Assembly (NCBI GenBank): GCA_963667725.2
Contig: CAXXHO010000005.1
Location: 416,001 to 480,000 of the forward strand
DNA length: 64,000 nucleotides
Source: Treponemataceae bacterium
GTDB taxonomy: Bacteria > Spirochaetota > Spirochaetia > Treponematales > Rectinemataceae
Direction of reading: 5' to 3'
Shown here: piece after piece, positions 50,619-59,666 of the stretch
Layout of the letters: the number at the start of each line of letters is the position of its first letter
Position numbering within the stretch: position 1 is the stretch's first letter
Made by a program: the position numbers and the translations under genes
The notes under the pieces: model-generated
What the model was told of the DNA's origin: nothing
Databases searched by the model: none
The model's input: the letters and a program-made list of their open reading frames with translations, nothing else

Positions 50619-51275
50619 TTATTTATTCTTTATAGTCATTTTTAATTCTCTATAACTTTCATTAATAGTTGATTGAACTATTTTAGTCGGATCGAACTTT
50701 AATACACTAAATGTACTCTGAATACAAAAGCCTATTGCAAAAACAGATATTAATGTTCCAATTCCTACCATACCACCAAGGAGCCAGCCCAATATTGTCG
50801 CTGTTAGCTCAATTATACTACGAATGGCCCCTATTGGTAATTTTATCTTTCGTTTTAATCCTATCATCAAGCCATCACGAGGCCCAGCTCCAAAACCAGA
50901 TCCTATATAATAATATGATCCTAATGATATTATGTATAAGCCAATTATTAATACCAAAATCCCTAAATACATATTATCAATTATTGGAACTATATTGCTC
51001 ATTAATAGTAGATCAAGAAATAATCCTATTAGAATCATATTGAGTATCGTTCCAATACCTATTTTCTCTCCCATTAATAGCGTAATAACTATAATAACAA
51101 GCCCAACTATTATGCTTGCATTCCCAATGGTGATTCCTACTGTCTTGCCTAGTCCTACATGAAAAACTTCCCAAGGGCCATATCCAATATTTGCTTTTAT
51201 TGTAAGGACTATTCCTAAAGCGTAAAGAAAAAGCCCGAATATCAATTTACTAAAGCGCAGTAAAAGTTTCTGCAT
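50619..51275 (-). CDS. YczE/YyaS/YitT-family membrane protein
   Basis: GYGPWEVF, GIGTI, GAGPRDGLM. Confidence 0.85.
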   Translation of the reverse strand: MQKLLLRFSKLIFGLFLYALGIVLTIKANIGYGPWEVFHVGLGKTVGITIGNASIIVGLVIIVITLLMGEKIGIGTILNMILIGLFLDLLLMSNIVPIIDNMYLGILVLIIGLYIISLGSYYYIGSGFGAGPRDGLMIGLKRKIKLPIGAIRSIIELTATILGWLLGGMVGIGTLISVFAIGFCIQSTFSVLKFDPTKIVQSTINESYRELKMTIKNK

Positions 51276-51372
51276 TATGATGATTTCTCCTCATGCTCTG
51301 ATGTGCCGCTATAATGCTTTACTTATGAATGAGGTGCAATACAAATTGCGCTATTTCTGCGCGATAGCGTCC

Positions 51373-51498
51373 ACCTAACATTTTCGCTTAACCTTTAAAT
51401 CCGTCCTGAGCGGAGCGAAGGATTGGCGCGCATTTTGCATTGTTGTTCTTGCAAAATGCGTGACAACAGGATTTATAAGGTTGAAGCGGGTGTTAGCT
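51373..51498 (-). repeat. attC site 48 (attttc subtype)
   Basis: attC palindrome. Confidence 0.92.
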
Positions 51499-51511
51499 GA
51501 TTTCTTTTTTC

Positions 51512-52204
51512 TTATTTTAAATACTCTTTAATCAATTCTTTTGCTAACTCTTTTGATGATTCTATTATTTTCAATTTCGTCGAAGTATCTTTTATAACAG
51601 ATAAGTCAGTACATGCAAATATTACTGTATCAACTCTTGCATCGATTATTCTGTTTTCTAGATCCTTATACTTATTAAGAGTACATTCAATTGATTCTTT
51701 ATTCTTTATGCTTCCAATGATACTATTTACGTCTTCTTGCCATCTACTATCAAAATAATACTCTATCTCTTGCTTTTCTATCGCTTGTTGATATAACTTC
51801 ATATCCATTGTAGGTTTTGTTGCCAGAACAGTTGCTCTTTTTGAATCACTTCCCATTCTTTCAATCGTGATTTCGATTATATTTAACAACTTTGATTTTG
51901 AATACTCTTTTAATTGATCAAAGTACTTATGTGCTGTATTACAGGGAATAGCTGTAATTGTAACATCATTTTTCTCAAGTTCTACTAATCCGTTTCTTAT
52001 AGCTTTAAATGACTCTATATCATCTATTTCTTTATCAAGATAAAATGGTGTTGGCCAAGAATAAATGACTATTTCAGGATAATCAGCATCATATTTTGCA
52101 CCATATTGCCTCTGACACTCGTCATATACCAATTCTAGAAACGGAGCAGTAGATCTAGGTCCCATTCCTGCTAATATCCCAAGCCGTTTCTTGCTCATTG
52201 TCAT
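51512..52204 (-). CDS. Aspartate/glutamate racemase-family protein
   Basis: GILAGMGPRST, IPCNTAH, ACTDL. Confidence 0.9.
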   Translation of the reverse strand: MTMSKKRLGILAGMGPRSTAPFLELVYDECQRQYGAKYDADYPEIVIYSWPTPFYLDKEIDDIESFKAIRNGLVELEKNDVTITAIPCNTAHKYFDQLKEYSKSKLLNIIEITIERMGSDSKRATVLATKPTMDMKLYQQAIEKQEIEYYFDSRWQEDVNSIIGSIKNKESIECTLNKYKDLENRIIDARVDTVIFACTDLSVIKDTSTKLKIIESSKELAKELIKEYLK

Positions 52205-52260
52205 TGCCTCTTCTGCAAAGCGAATTCGTTTCTTTATATTCTTGCGCGCCGAAGGCGTCC

Positions 52261-52386
52261 AGCTAACATTTTCGCTTAACCTTTAAATCCGTCCTGAGCG
52301 ATAGCGAAGGATTGGCGTGGTTTTTGCGTAATCTTCTCGCAAAAACCATGACAACAGGATTTATAAGGTTGAAGCGGGTGTTAGGT
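52261..52386 (-). repeat. attC site 49 (attttc subtype)
   Basis: attC palindrome. Confidence 0.92.
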
Positions 52387-52407
52387 ATATTCTAATAATA
52401 AATATCA

Positions 52408-53394
52408 TTAAGAGCTTATCGATAAATACTCAGACTTTGTTTTTTCGCCTTCTAATAGCTCTATAAATGTAACAAATTGTTTATTCGAAAGATCTTGCGG
52501 CTTTTTTGATAAATACTTTTTTACATCAGAAAAATCCCAATTAATGCGTTTTTTCTTTTCGTCATTACTTAGTTTTTCCAAATAATTATTAATAATTACT
52601 GATATAGTTTCATTCTTTATGTATTTCGCTAGCACATTAAAATAAATTTTTCTTTCTACCAAATCATTTCCCTCTGTAAATACAATACTATATTCTTTTA
52701 CTTTTTCCTCATACTTAGCTATCTGATCTGATAAAAGATATAATTCAAGTATATTAACTTTTGCGCTAGTGTCTGTTGGATCGGCAGATATCAGCTCTTC
52801 ATAAGTCGATATTGCGTTTGCTAATTGATCTGTTTTCCAGAAGCAATGAGCTTTTAGCCTTAGAATTGTCGTATCTTTTTTATTAAGCTCATATGCAATG
52901 GTTAGGTAACTTAGAGCTCTTTGGTAATTACGTTGCGAAATATAGTTACTTGCTTTTTCTTGTATTTCAAGAATTTTTATTTTTGCAGTTTGTTCTTCGT
53001 TTATCTTCGTAATTTCTGTATATCGATCTTTAAGTTGCTTTTGTTCCTTAGATGATTCCTTAATCTGATTATCAAATTCAAATCTCATTTTTCTAATATT
53101 TTCTAATTCATTTTTATATTCTTTATTAATAGAGCTAATACTTTTTAGGCCCAAAAAACCAATAATGGAGAAAACCCCTAAAACGATTGCAATAACGACG
53201 TTAATAGTTTGATAGTTTGAAGAATATGTTTCCTTTAGAAGATCTTTTTCTATTTGATAGTTTATTTGATCTCTTTCCATTATTTCAATTTTATGCTTAA
53301 GGTCTGCTATATCACTAGTAATAGCTTTAATATCTTGCGCGAAAGAGAAAGTAGATATAAAAACCAAGCAAATGACTAAAAATAGCTTTTTCAT
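52408..53394 (-). CDS. Membrane-anchored coiled-coil/TPR-like protein
   Basis: Signal peptide, one TM helix, coiled coil and TPR-like helices. Confidence 0.65.
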   Translation of the reverse strand: MKKLFLVICLVFISTFSFAQDIKAITSDIADLKHKIEIMERDQINYQIEKDLLKETYSSNYQTINVVIAIVLGVFSIIGFLGLKSISSINKEYKNELENIRKMRFEFDNQIKESSKEQKQLKDRYTEITKINEEQTAKIKILEIQEKASNYISQRNYQRALSYLTIAYELNKKDTTILRLKAHCFWKTDQLANAISTYEELISADPTDTSAKVNILELYLLSDQIAKYEEKVKEYSIVFTEGNDLVERKIYFNVLAKYIKNETISVIINNYLEKLSNDEKKKRINWDFSDVKKYLSKKPQDLSNKQFVTFIELLEGEKTKSEYLSISS

Positions 53395-53496
53395 AATTTC
53401 TTTCCTTTTTGTTTTTTTTTACGTTTACATTTGAAAATTTCTTAAAATCCTATTTTTTTACTAAAATTATTAGCTTTCTTCTCGCGCGAAGCGTCG

Positions 53497-53621
53497 ACCT
53501 AACATCAGGCTTAACCTTTAAATCCGCGCCTGAGCTACTGCGAAGGCTTGGCGTGGTTTGTGCATTGTTGTTCTGCACAAACCATGCCAAAGGATTTATA
53601 AGGTTGAAGCATTTGTTAGGC
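53497..53621 (-). repeat. attC site 50
   Basis: attC palindrome. Confidence 0.92.
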
Positions 53622-53841
53622 GATTTTTTTTCATACTATTTTTATAATTCTTTTAGTAACAATTATTCCGAACATTATTAATATTTTTTCAATAAAGCAC
53701 TTAACATATTTTTTCTATTATTTATTATCTAATTTACTTGTTATAATATTACTTTCTAGACATTTTAAAGCATTATCTTATTTAAAACATAATTTTAATA
53801 TTTTTACTTTAAGAAATATTATAGTCTTACGACAAGTCTAT

Positions 53842-54087
53842 CTATTCATCTTTTAAAATCAAATCCTTTGATCTATCGTCAAATCCATTAAGATTATTGA
53901 TATCATATGTACAAATAGTAAGTTCATGTTTAAAGTCATTATCTGAAATATGATAATGTACTCCTCTTTTACCTTTAGAATTCATTAGGTCTTCAAGAGC
54001 TAGTTTTAAATCACCAACTTCATTTTCAGTGAAATAAAGAATTACATTCCTTATACATTTGTCTTGTCCTTTATCGAGAATTCTCAT
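53842..54087 (-). CDS. Small hypothetical protein
   Basis: 81 aa, GAGGT SD. Confidence 0.65.
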   Translation of the reverse strand: MRILDKGQDKCIRNVILYFTENEVGDLKLALEDLMNSKGKRGVHYHISDNDFKHELTICTYDINNLNGFDDRSKDLILKDE

Positions 54088-54155
54088 ATTTACCTCACAA
54101 TATTATCATTTATCAATGCACTTTTTTTATAAAAATCTGCGCGCGAAGCGCGTCC

Positions 54156-54306
54156 GCCTAACATTTTCGCTTAACCTTTAAGCCCGGCCTGAGCGTAAGC
54201 GAAGGCTTGGCGCGATTCTTGCACCACTTTACGCTGCCGCTCCTACTTTACGGGGTCTCGCAAGAAGCGTGACAAAGGGCTTATAAGGTTGAAGCGGATG
54301 TTAGAA
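54156..54306 (-). repeat. attC site 51 (long attttc subtype)
   Basis: attC palindrome. Confidence 0.92.
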
Positions 54307-54528
54307 AGCGTTCATGTTCCTTAACACTTATACCAGTGCAGCTCAACACTGTTAGAAAATACGCTGCATTTCAGAGAAATACCGAGATGAAATTGTCAGT
54401 GTTTACTTTAGGTAAATGCTGCAATGAATCTCGGCAATAAAAGATGCAGCGTATTTTCTAACATGAAATCTTACATTCTTTTCTTACATTTACTCTTTTA
54501 TTTTCTTCGAGCCATACGTCTTTCTAAC
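54300..54528. other. ORF-less cassette containing a ~114-nt rod-like hairpin (54350-54463), copy A; candidate structured ncRNA or ssDNA element
   Basis: Perfect 20-bp IR plus nested 7-bp and 10-bp stems; near-identical copy at 62625-62851. Confidence 0.8.
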
Positions 54529-54648
54529 ATTCGTTTAACCTTTAAACCACGTTCCCGAGCAAAGCGAGGGATTGGCACGTGTTTTTGCATAAGACTTCAT
54601 GCAAAAACCGTGACAAAGTGGTTTATAAGGTTGAAACGGTTGTTATAT
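54522..54648 (-). repeat. attC site 52 (variant)
   Basis: cgtttaacc...ggttgaaacg compensatory stem. Confidence 0.9.
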
Positions 54649-54733
54649 GCTTTTTATTTATTACCATGATTGTTTATACAGTATAAATAATTATAAAATA
54701 ATAGAACTATGTTGACTGTTTTACAACTATTTC

Positions 54734-55648
54734 CTAATTTTCCAAACCATCTACTTCAGAGTTTTCTATATTAAGAATTGTAGCTGAGTCATTATTTTGC
54801 AGAAATCCCTTATCAATAGATCGAACTTTACTAGTCCCAATTTTCTTTAAGTTAATAAATGTTCTAGACCATACCATTGATCCCATATTATAAAGAAATG
54901 TTGCTGAATATGGTACTATAAAACTTCCATAATATGGATCACGAATATAGATATTACCATATTTATCGTAACCATAAATTACTACAACATGTCCAGAAAA
55001 AGAGCCTTGATATGCTGCAATTAATGGCATTCCTTTATTAATATTTTGTTGAAGAGTTATAAAGCTCAAAGGATTAAAAACTACTTTTGCATCCATATTT
55101 CCAAGTCCATTGAGTGCATAAATAAGCTGATTATCATTTGCTGTTGTTACATATGGAGCCCCAAATACATATGTTACAATTGTGCTCTGTGAATAATTAC
55201 AGTTATAGTATTTTAAAACCATTTGAGCACAGGCAGCCCAACACCATACTTGAGTTTGTTGATACGATAGTCCAACATCTATTGTTTCTACTCCAGAGAC
55301 CGCTGGTTCAGCATCATTTCCCAAGGAAAATGCTGGTAATATTTTTTTATCCGTTAAGCTACTATATTTTGCTGTTACAGTATAATATCCAGGGATATTC
55401 GTAGAAAAGTATTCATCAGTAAATATTTCACCATCAATAAAGATAATTGGCTCGAGATTAGGTATAATTTGGTCATTGTCATTATAAACATTACAGCCAA
55501 TAAAGATTTTATCTATGCCATTGCCAACGACACCAACCTTATCAAAATAGATTTTTATATATTCAGGATCATAATCAAAACAAAGAGAACATCCTGAGAT
55601 AAATAAAGAAAAACAAACTACAACATACTTTTTTATTAGGCTTTTCAT
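54734..55648 (-). CDS. Lipoprotein with papain-like (C39/C70-type) cysteine peptidase domain
   Basis: Lipobox-like FISGC; QQTQVWCWAAC, GHVVVIYG, IRDP. Confidence 0.75.
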   Translation of the reverse strand: MKSLIKKYVVVCFSLFISGCSLCFDYDPEYIKIYFDKVGVVGNGIDKIFIGCNVYNDNDQIIPNLEPIIFIDGEIFTDEYFSTNIPGYYTVTAKYSSLTDKKILPAFSLGNDAEPAVSGVETIDVGLSYQQTQVWCWAACAQMVLKYYNCNYSQSTIVTYVFGAPYVTTANDNQLIYALNGLGNMDAKVVFNPLSFITLQQNINKGMPLIAAYQGSFSGHVVVIYGYDKYGNIYIRDPYYGSFIVPYSATFLYNMGSMVWSRTFINLKKIGTSKVRSIDKGFLQNNDSATILNIENSEVDGLEN

Positions 55649-55754
55649 AAAATCCCTCTTTTGTTGATAATATTTAAAGCTTAATATTATGTGCAAATAA
55701 TACTAATATTTATTATTATTCAAAATAAAGAGTTTTATTCTGCCCGAAGGGTCC

Positions 55755-55905
55755 ATATAACATTTTCGCTTAACCTTTAAGCCCGACCTGAGCGTAGCGA
55801 AGGTTTGGCGCGATTCTTGCACCACTTTACGTTGCCGCTCCTACTTTACAGTATCTCGCAAGAATCGTGACAACAGGGCTTATAAGGTTGAAGCGAGTGT
55901 TAGGT
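55755..55905 (-). repeat. attC site 53 (long attttc subtype)
   Basis: attC palindrome. Confidence 0.92.
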
Positions 55906-55950
55906 CTCTTTTTCTTACTTTAATTACCGGATAACTAATTGTTTTTCTCG

Positions 55951-56385
55951 TTAAATTCTTTTCTTAAATGAATATCCTTTCTTTATATATCCTCGTTTCT
56001 CATAAAAATCATGTGCATTGATTCTCTGAATTCCACTGTTTAAAACTATTGTAGCTGCATTAACGTTTCTAGCATATTTTTCTGCTTCTTCAAGTAATCT
56101 ACTTCCGATTCCCTTATTTTGATATTCTTTCTTTACAGCAAGTGCAGCAACTCTTATATAGTCGCCATCAATTTCATAAGCAAACCCTCGTATCAATCCT
56201 ATGAATCCAACTACTGTATTATCATATTCTGCAATGAATGTACTATAATCAGTATGATTTTTTATCTTATTGAGTCGCAATGCAACATCAAAATCTGAGG
56301 AATTTTTATACCCTAAATCATTTCTGATTATATCTGCAATACAGGAATAGTCTCTTTCATCAATTGCCCTAATAGTACACGTCAT
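55951..56385 (-). CDS. GNAT acetyltransferase
   Basis: LAVKKEYQNKGIGSRLL, AHDFYEKRGY. Confidence 0.9.
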   Translation of the reverse strand: MTCTIRAIDERDYSCIADIIRNDLGYKNSSDFDVALRLNKIKNHTDYSTFIAEYDNTVVGFIGLIRGFAYEIDGDYIRVAALAVKKEYQNKGIGSRLLEEAEKYARNVNAATIVLNSGIQRINAHDFYEKRGYIKKGYSFKKRI

Positions 56386-56490
56386 ATTGTTCTCTTTTAT
56401 CTCAATGAAACACAGAGCACTATTTTAGATTTTTACTGAATCTAATCAACCATAATATTCACGCTTCTTACTCTTCGGCGCGAAGCGTCG

Positions 56491-56616
56491 ACCTAACATT
56501 TTCGCTTAACCTTTAAATCCGTCCTGAGCGTAGCGAAGGATTGGCGCGCATTTTGCATTGTTGTTCCTGCAAAATGCGTGTCAACAGGATTTATAAGGTT
56601 GAAGCGGGTGTTAGGT
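56491..56616 (-). repeat. attC site 54 (attttc subtype)
   Basis: attC palindrome. Confidence 0.92.
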
Positions 56617-57453
56617 GCTTAGTTTTCTTTCTGCTGATTCAACCGTTTGACACATAAGTGTCACAATTGTCATCGGACCTACTCCTCCAGGAACAGGAGT
56701 ATATGCTGATGCTTTCGCATATGCTTCTTTCTCAACATCCCCTATTCCACCAGGATGATATCCTGCATCTACTATTACTGCCCCATCCTTAATCCAATTT
56801 GCCTTAACAAAGTTAGGCTTTCCAATTGCCGCTACAACAATATCAGCTTCTTGAATAATTGATTCAATGTTTTCTGTTCTTGAATGACATATTGTAATCG
56901 TTGCATTCTCATTTAAAAGCAGCATAGTAATAGGTTTTCCAAGAATTGCACTTCTCCCAATAACCACGGCCTTCTTCCCCACCATAGGTATCTTATAGTA
57001 CTTGAGTAGTTTAATAATCCCACCAGGAGTTGCTGAAACAAAGGCATGTTCACCTAATGCCATCTGACCAAATCCAAGAGCAGTCACACCATCGACATCT
57101 TTTTGAGAATCTATTCTATCAAAACAAATTCTTTCATCAATCTGTTTTGGAACAGGATGCTGCAATAAAATACCAAATACACTACTATCATTATTTAATG
57201 TATCGATAACTGAAAGCAATTCATCCGTCGTTGTAGTTTCACTCAGTTCAACTTTCTTCGTACCAAGGCCTATTCTCTTGCAAGTATTGCCTTTCATTGT
57301 GACATATATCTTTGATGAAGGATCGTTGCCCACTAAAATCGTAGCCAATACTGGTTGAATAGTTGATTGTGTTATGATCTTTTTAACACGTTCTTTTAAT
57401 TCAAGCTCAAGTTCAGTAGCCAATTTCTTTCCATCAAGTACAATTTGTTCCAT
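56611..57453 (-). CDS. folD: Bifunctional methylene-THF dehydrogenase/cyclohydrolase
   Basis: LDGKK, YVTMK, GILLQHP, KDVDG, GRSAILGKP, TPVPGGVGPMT; AGGAA SD before ATG 57453. Confidence 0.93.
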   Translation of the reverse strand: MEQIVLDGKKLATELELELKERVKKIITQSTIQPVLATILVGNDPSSKIYVTMKGNTCKRIGLGTKKVELSETTTTDELLSVIDTLNNDSSVFGILLQHPVPKQIDERICFDRIDSQKDVDGVTALGFGQMALGEHAFVSATPGGIIKLLKYYKIPMVGKKAVVIGRSAILGKPITMLLLNENATITICHSRTENIESIIQEADIVVAAIGKPNFVKANWIKDGAVIVDAGYHPGGIGDVEKEAYAKASAYTPVPGGVGPMTIVTLMCQTVESAERKLST

Positions 57454-57482
57454 GTATGTTTCCTTTTGCGCCGAAGGCGTCC

Positions 57483-57617
57483 ACCTAACATCGGGCTTAA
57501 CCTTTAAAGCCTGTTCCTGAGCGAAGCGAGGGATTGGCGTGGTTTTTGCGTGAAGGAGCGTAGCGACTCGCAAAAACCATGACAAAAGGCTTTATAAGGT
57601 TGAAGCAGTTGTTCGGT
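57483..57617 (-). repeat. attC site 55
   Basis: attC palindrome. Confidence 0.92.
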
Positions 57618-57625
57618 GCTTATTA

Positions 57626-58465
57626 TTACCAATTTCTATATGTAAGTTGAGATTTATAAAGCCCTTTCCCTTTTTGTGGTATAAATAACAAACCATTTCT
57701 ATCGCAAAAATCTTCAACAGCAATATAGTTAATTTCTTGTTTAGGATTGGCACTGATAATAACTTCCATTATCATTTGTTCTATATCAAAATTGCTAATC
57801 TTATAATATGGTAATATAGAATTATTTCTATAACGAAATTCATAATTTTTTGAAGGATTATGCACCCCAGCAATTATTAGTCTCCATTCCTGTTCTTCTT
57901 CAAATTCTTCCATTTTTATTATTGGACTATATATTATTAATCGACTTATAAGATCTGATCCAAGATTTATAAGCCCCATGCCTTTTTGTTTTTCAAAACT
58001 ATCATTAATAATTTCATCTATTAGTTTAATATGATCTTTACTATTATAGACACATTTACATAAAAATATATCATCTACATCAATGGTAGATATTTTCCTT
58101 AAATAGTAAGAGTTAACACCAATACAAAATCCAGGTATGCTATTTGCGTATCCTCGCCATTGACTCAATTTATCCCTTTGAGTCGACATCGAGAAAACAC
58201 ATGTCATTTGATCAGCTTGTATCTTTAATAAAGATATTAATTGATTAGCCTCATCTCCACTTAAGCCAAATTCATCTTTTCTTTGCCAAATCCTATCCAA
58301 AAGTAATATTTTTGGATATTCAAATTCAGCAATATCGTTACAATATAAATAATTTGATGCCCATATTTCCTTTTTTGATATTATACCTAAAAATGACTCT
58401 GCATCTGTATAATGGTACAATACTTCTGGAGGTTCTTGGTCTCTAAGCAATTTGAACTCACTCAT
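57626..58465 (-). CDS. DUF2971-family protein
   Basis: LYHYT, CNDIAE, DKLSQWRGYA...GFCIG, EQEWR. Confidence 0.82.
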   Translation of the reverse strand: MSEFKLLRDQEPPEVLYHYTDAESFLGIISKKEIWASNYLYCNDIAEFEYPKILLLDRIWQRKDEFGLSGDEANQLISLLKIQADQMTCVFSMSTQRDKLSQWRGYANSIPGFCIGVNSYYLRKISTIDVDDIFLCKCVYNSKDHIKLIDEIINDSFEKQKGMGLINLGSDLISRLIIYSPIIKMEEFEEEQEWRLIIAGVHNPSKNYEFRYRNNSILPYYKISNFDIEQMIMEVIISANPKQEINYIAVEDFCDRNGLLFIPQKGKGLYKSQLTYRNW

Positions 58466-58500
58466 TAATAACTCTCCAAATTTTGGCGCCGAAGGCGTCC

Positions 58501-58626
58501 ACCGAACATTGGCTTAACCCTTAACGCCTGTTCCTGAGCGAAGCGAAGGATTGGCGTGGTTTTTGCATTGTTGTTCTTGCAAAAACCATGACAAAAGGCG
58601 TTATAGGGTTGAAGCAGGTGTTAGCC
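58501..58626 (-). repeat. attC site 56
   Basis: attC palindrome. Confidence 0.93.
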
Positions 58627-58644
58627 GATTGTATTTTAAATCTT

Positions 58645-59403
58645 CTAAATATTCATTTTTATTTCATCATTTTCAATTATATATTCCATTAGCGTATCAA
58701 ATATATAGCCTAACATAATAGTTATATCATCAATCCATTTTTTACAAATATTCCCCCACTTTTTTCGAATAGACCTAAATGCATCTGTTTTAATACTCTT
58801 CATGTAGTTAACAAAATCCTTGTCATCACTTTTTTCAAGAAGACAAAGACTATGAATTTGTTCTACATCGCTATCAGAGTATCGATCTTGATGAACGTGC
58901 AATCCACGAATATTATTGACACCACTAAATAGCTTAACATTTTTCCTTTTTAGAATTTCAATTATTTTGAATAGCTCTTCACTTTTACTTAATTTATAAT
59001 ATCGCTCAATTTTGCTTAGTAATGAGTTAATTCTATTATTTATAATATATAATTCATTAAGAAAACTATTTATATGATATCTTATATACTCTTCTTCAGT
59101 GATTTGTAGCTTTTTACTATAGCCATGCTTGAAGAAACTTTTACTTATCTCTAGATTATCTATTGAAGACATTACCTCTGAAAGAGGTTTAAAATAATAA
59201 TTGATAAATTTTAATTGCTCTTCACTTAAATTATTTTTTTCTAAAGAATGCGGCCCCTCAGTATTAAATATTACATTAGATAGTACTACTCCTAATTCTT
59301 TGTCCTTTCTTAATGTGGCTTCAGTCAAGTACTTTACAGCTTGATCAATAATTATCTTTTGATAACTAATATATTTTTTTTGATATTCTTCAATTTTTTT
59401 CAT
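58645..59403 (-). CDS. HEPN-like (Cthe_2314-like) protein
   Basis: YIRYHINSF...RGLHVH. Confidence 0.6.
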   Translation of the reverse strand: MKKIEEYQKKYISYQKIIIDQAVKYLTEATLRKDKELGVVLSNVIFNTEGPHSLEKNNLSEEQLKFINYYFKPLSEVMSSIDNLEISKSFFKHGYSKKLQITEEEYIRYHINSFLNELYIINNRINSLLSKIERYYKLSKSEELFKIIEILKRKNVKLFSGVNNIRGLHVHQDRYSDSDVEQIHSLCLLEKSDDKDFVNYMKSIKTDAFRSIRKKWGNICKKWIDDITIMLGYIFDTLMEYIIENDEIKMNI

Positions 59404-59438
59404 ATGCTATCTATTATAGATATATGCCCGAAGGGTCC

Positions 59439-59587
59439 GGCTAACATTGGCTTAACCTTTAAAGCCTGGCCCGAGCGGCGTTGCGTAGCAACGATGCGAG
59501 GGATTGGCGTGGTTTTTGCGTAGAGGAGCGAAGCGACTCGCAAAAACCATGACAAAAGGCTTTATAAGGTTGAAGCATTTGTTAGCT
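59439..59587 (-). repeat. attC site 57
   Basis: attC palindrome. Confidence 0.93.
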
Positions 59588-59666
59588 GAATTATACTAAA
59601 CATATTTATTAACAAGGCTTTCTCGTCTTAGTAATTATCATTCTTTCAAATATTCTTCTATATCTA

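Noticed and set aside
54350..54463. Hairpin interpreted as an additional canonical attC
   Set aside because: Its ends read GTTAG...CTAAC (inverse of attC polarity), and it lacks the L boxes and unpaired central spacer
57454..57585. 44-aa N-terminal extension of FolD in the ORF track
   Set aside because: It derives from attC55; the FolD domain and SD begin at ATG 57453
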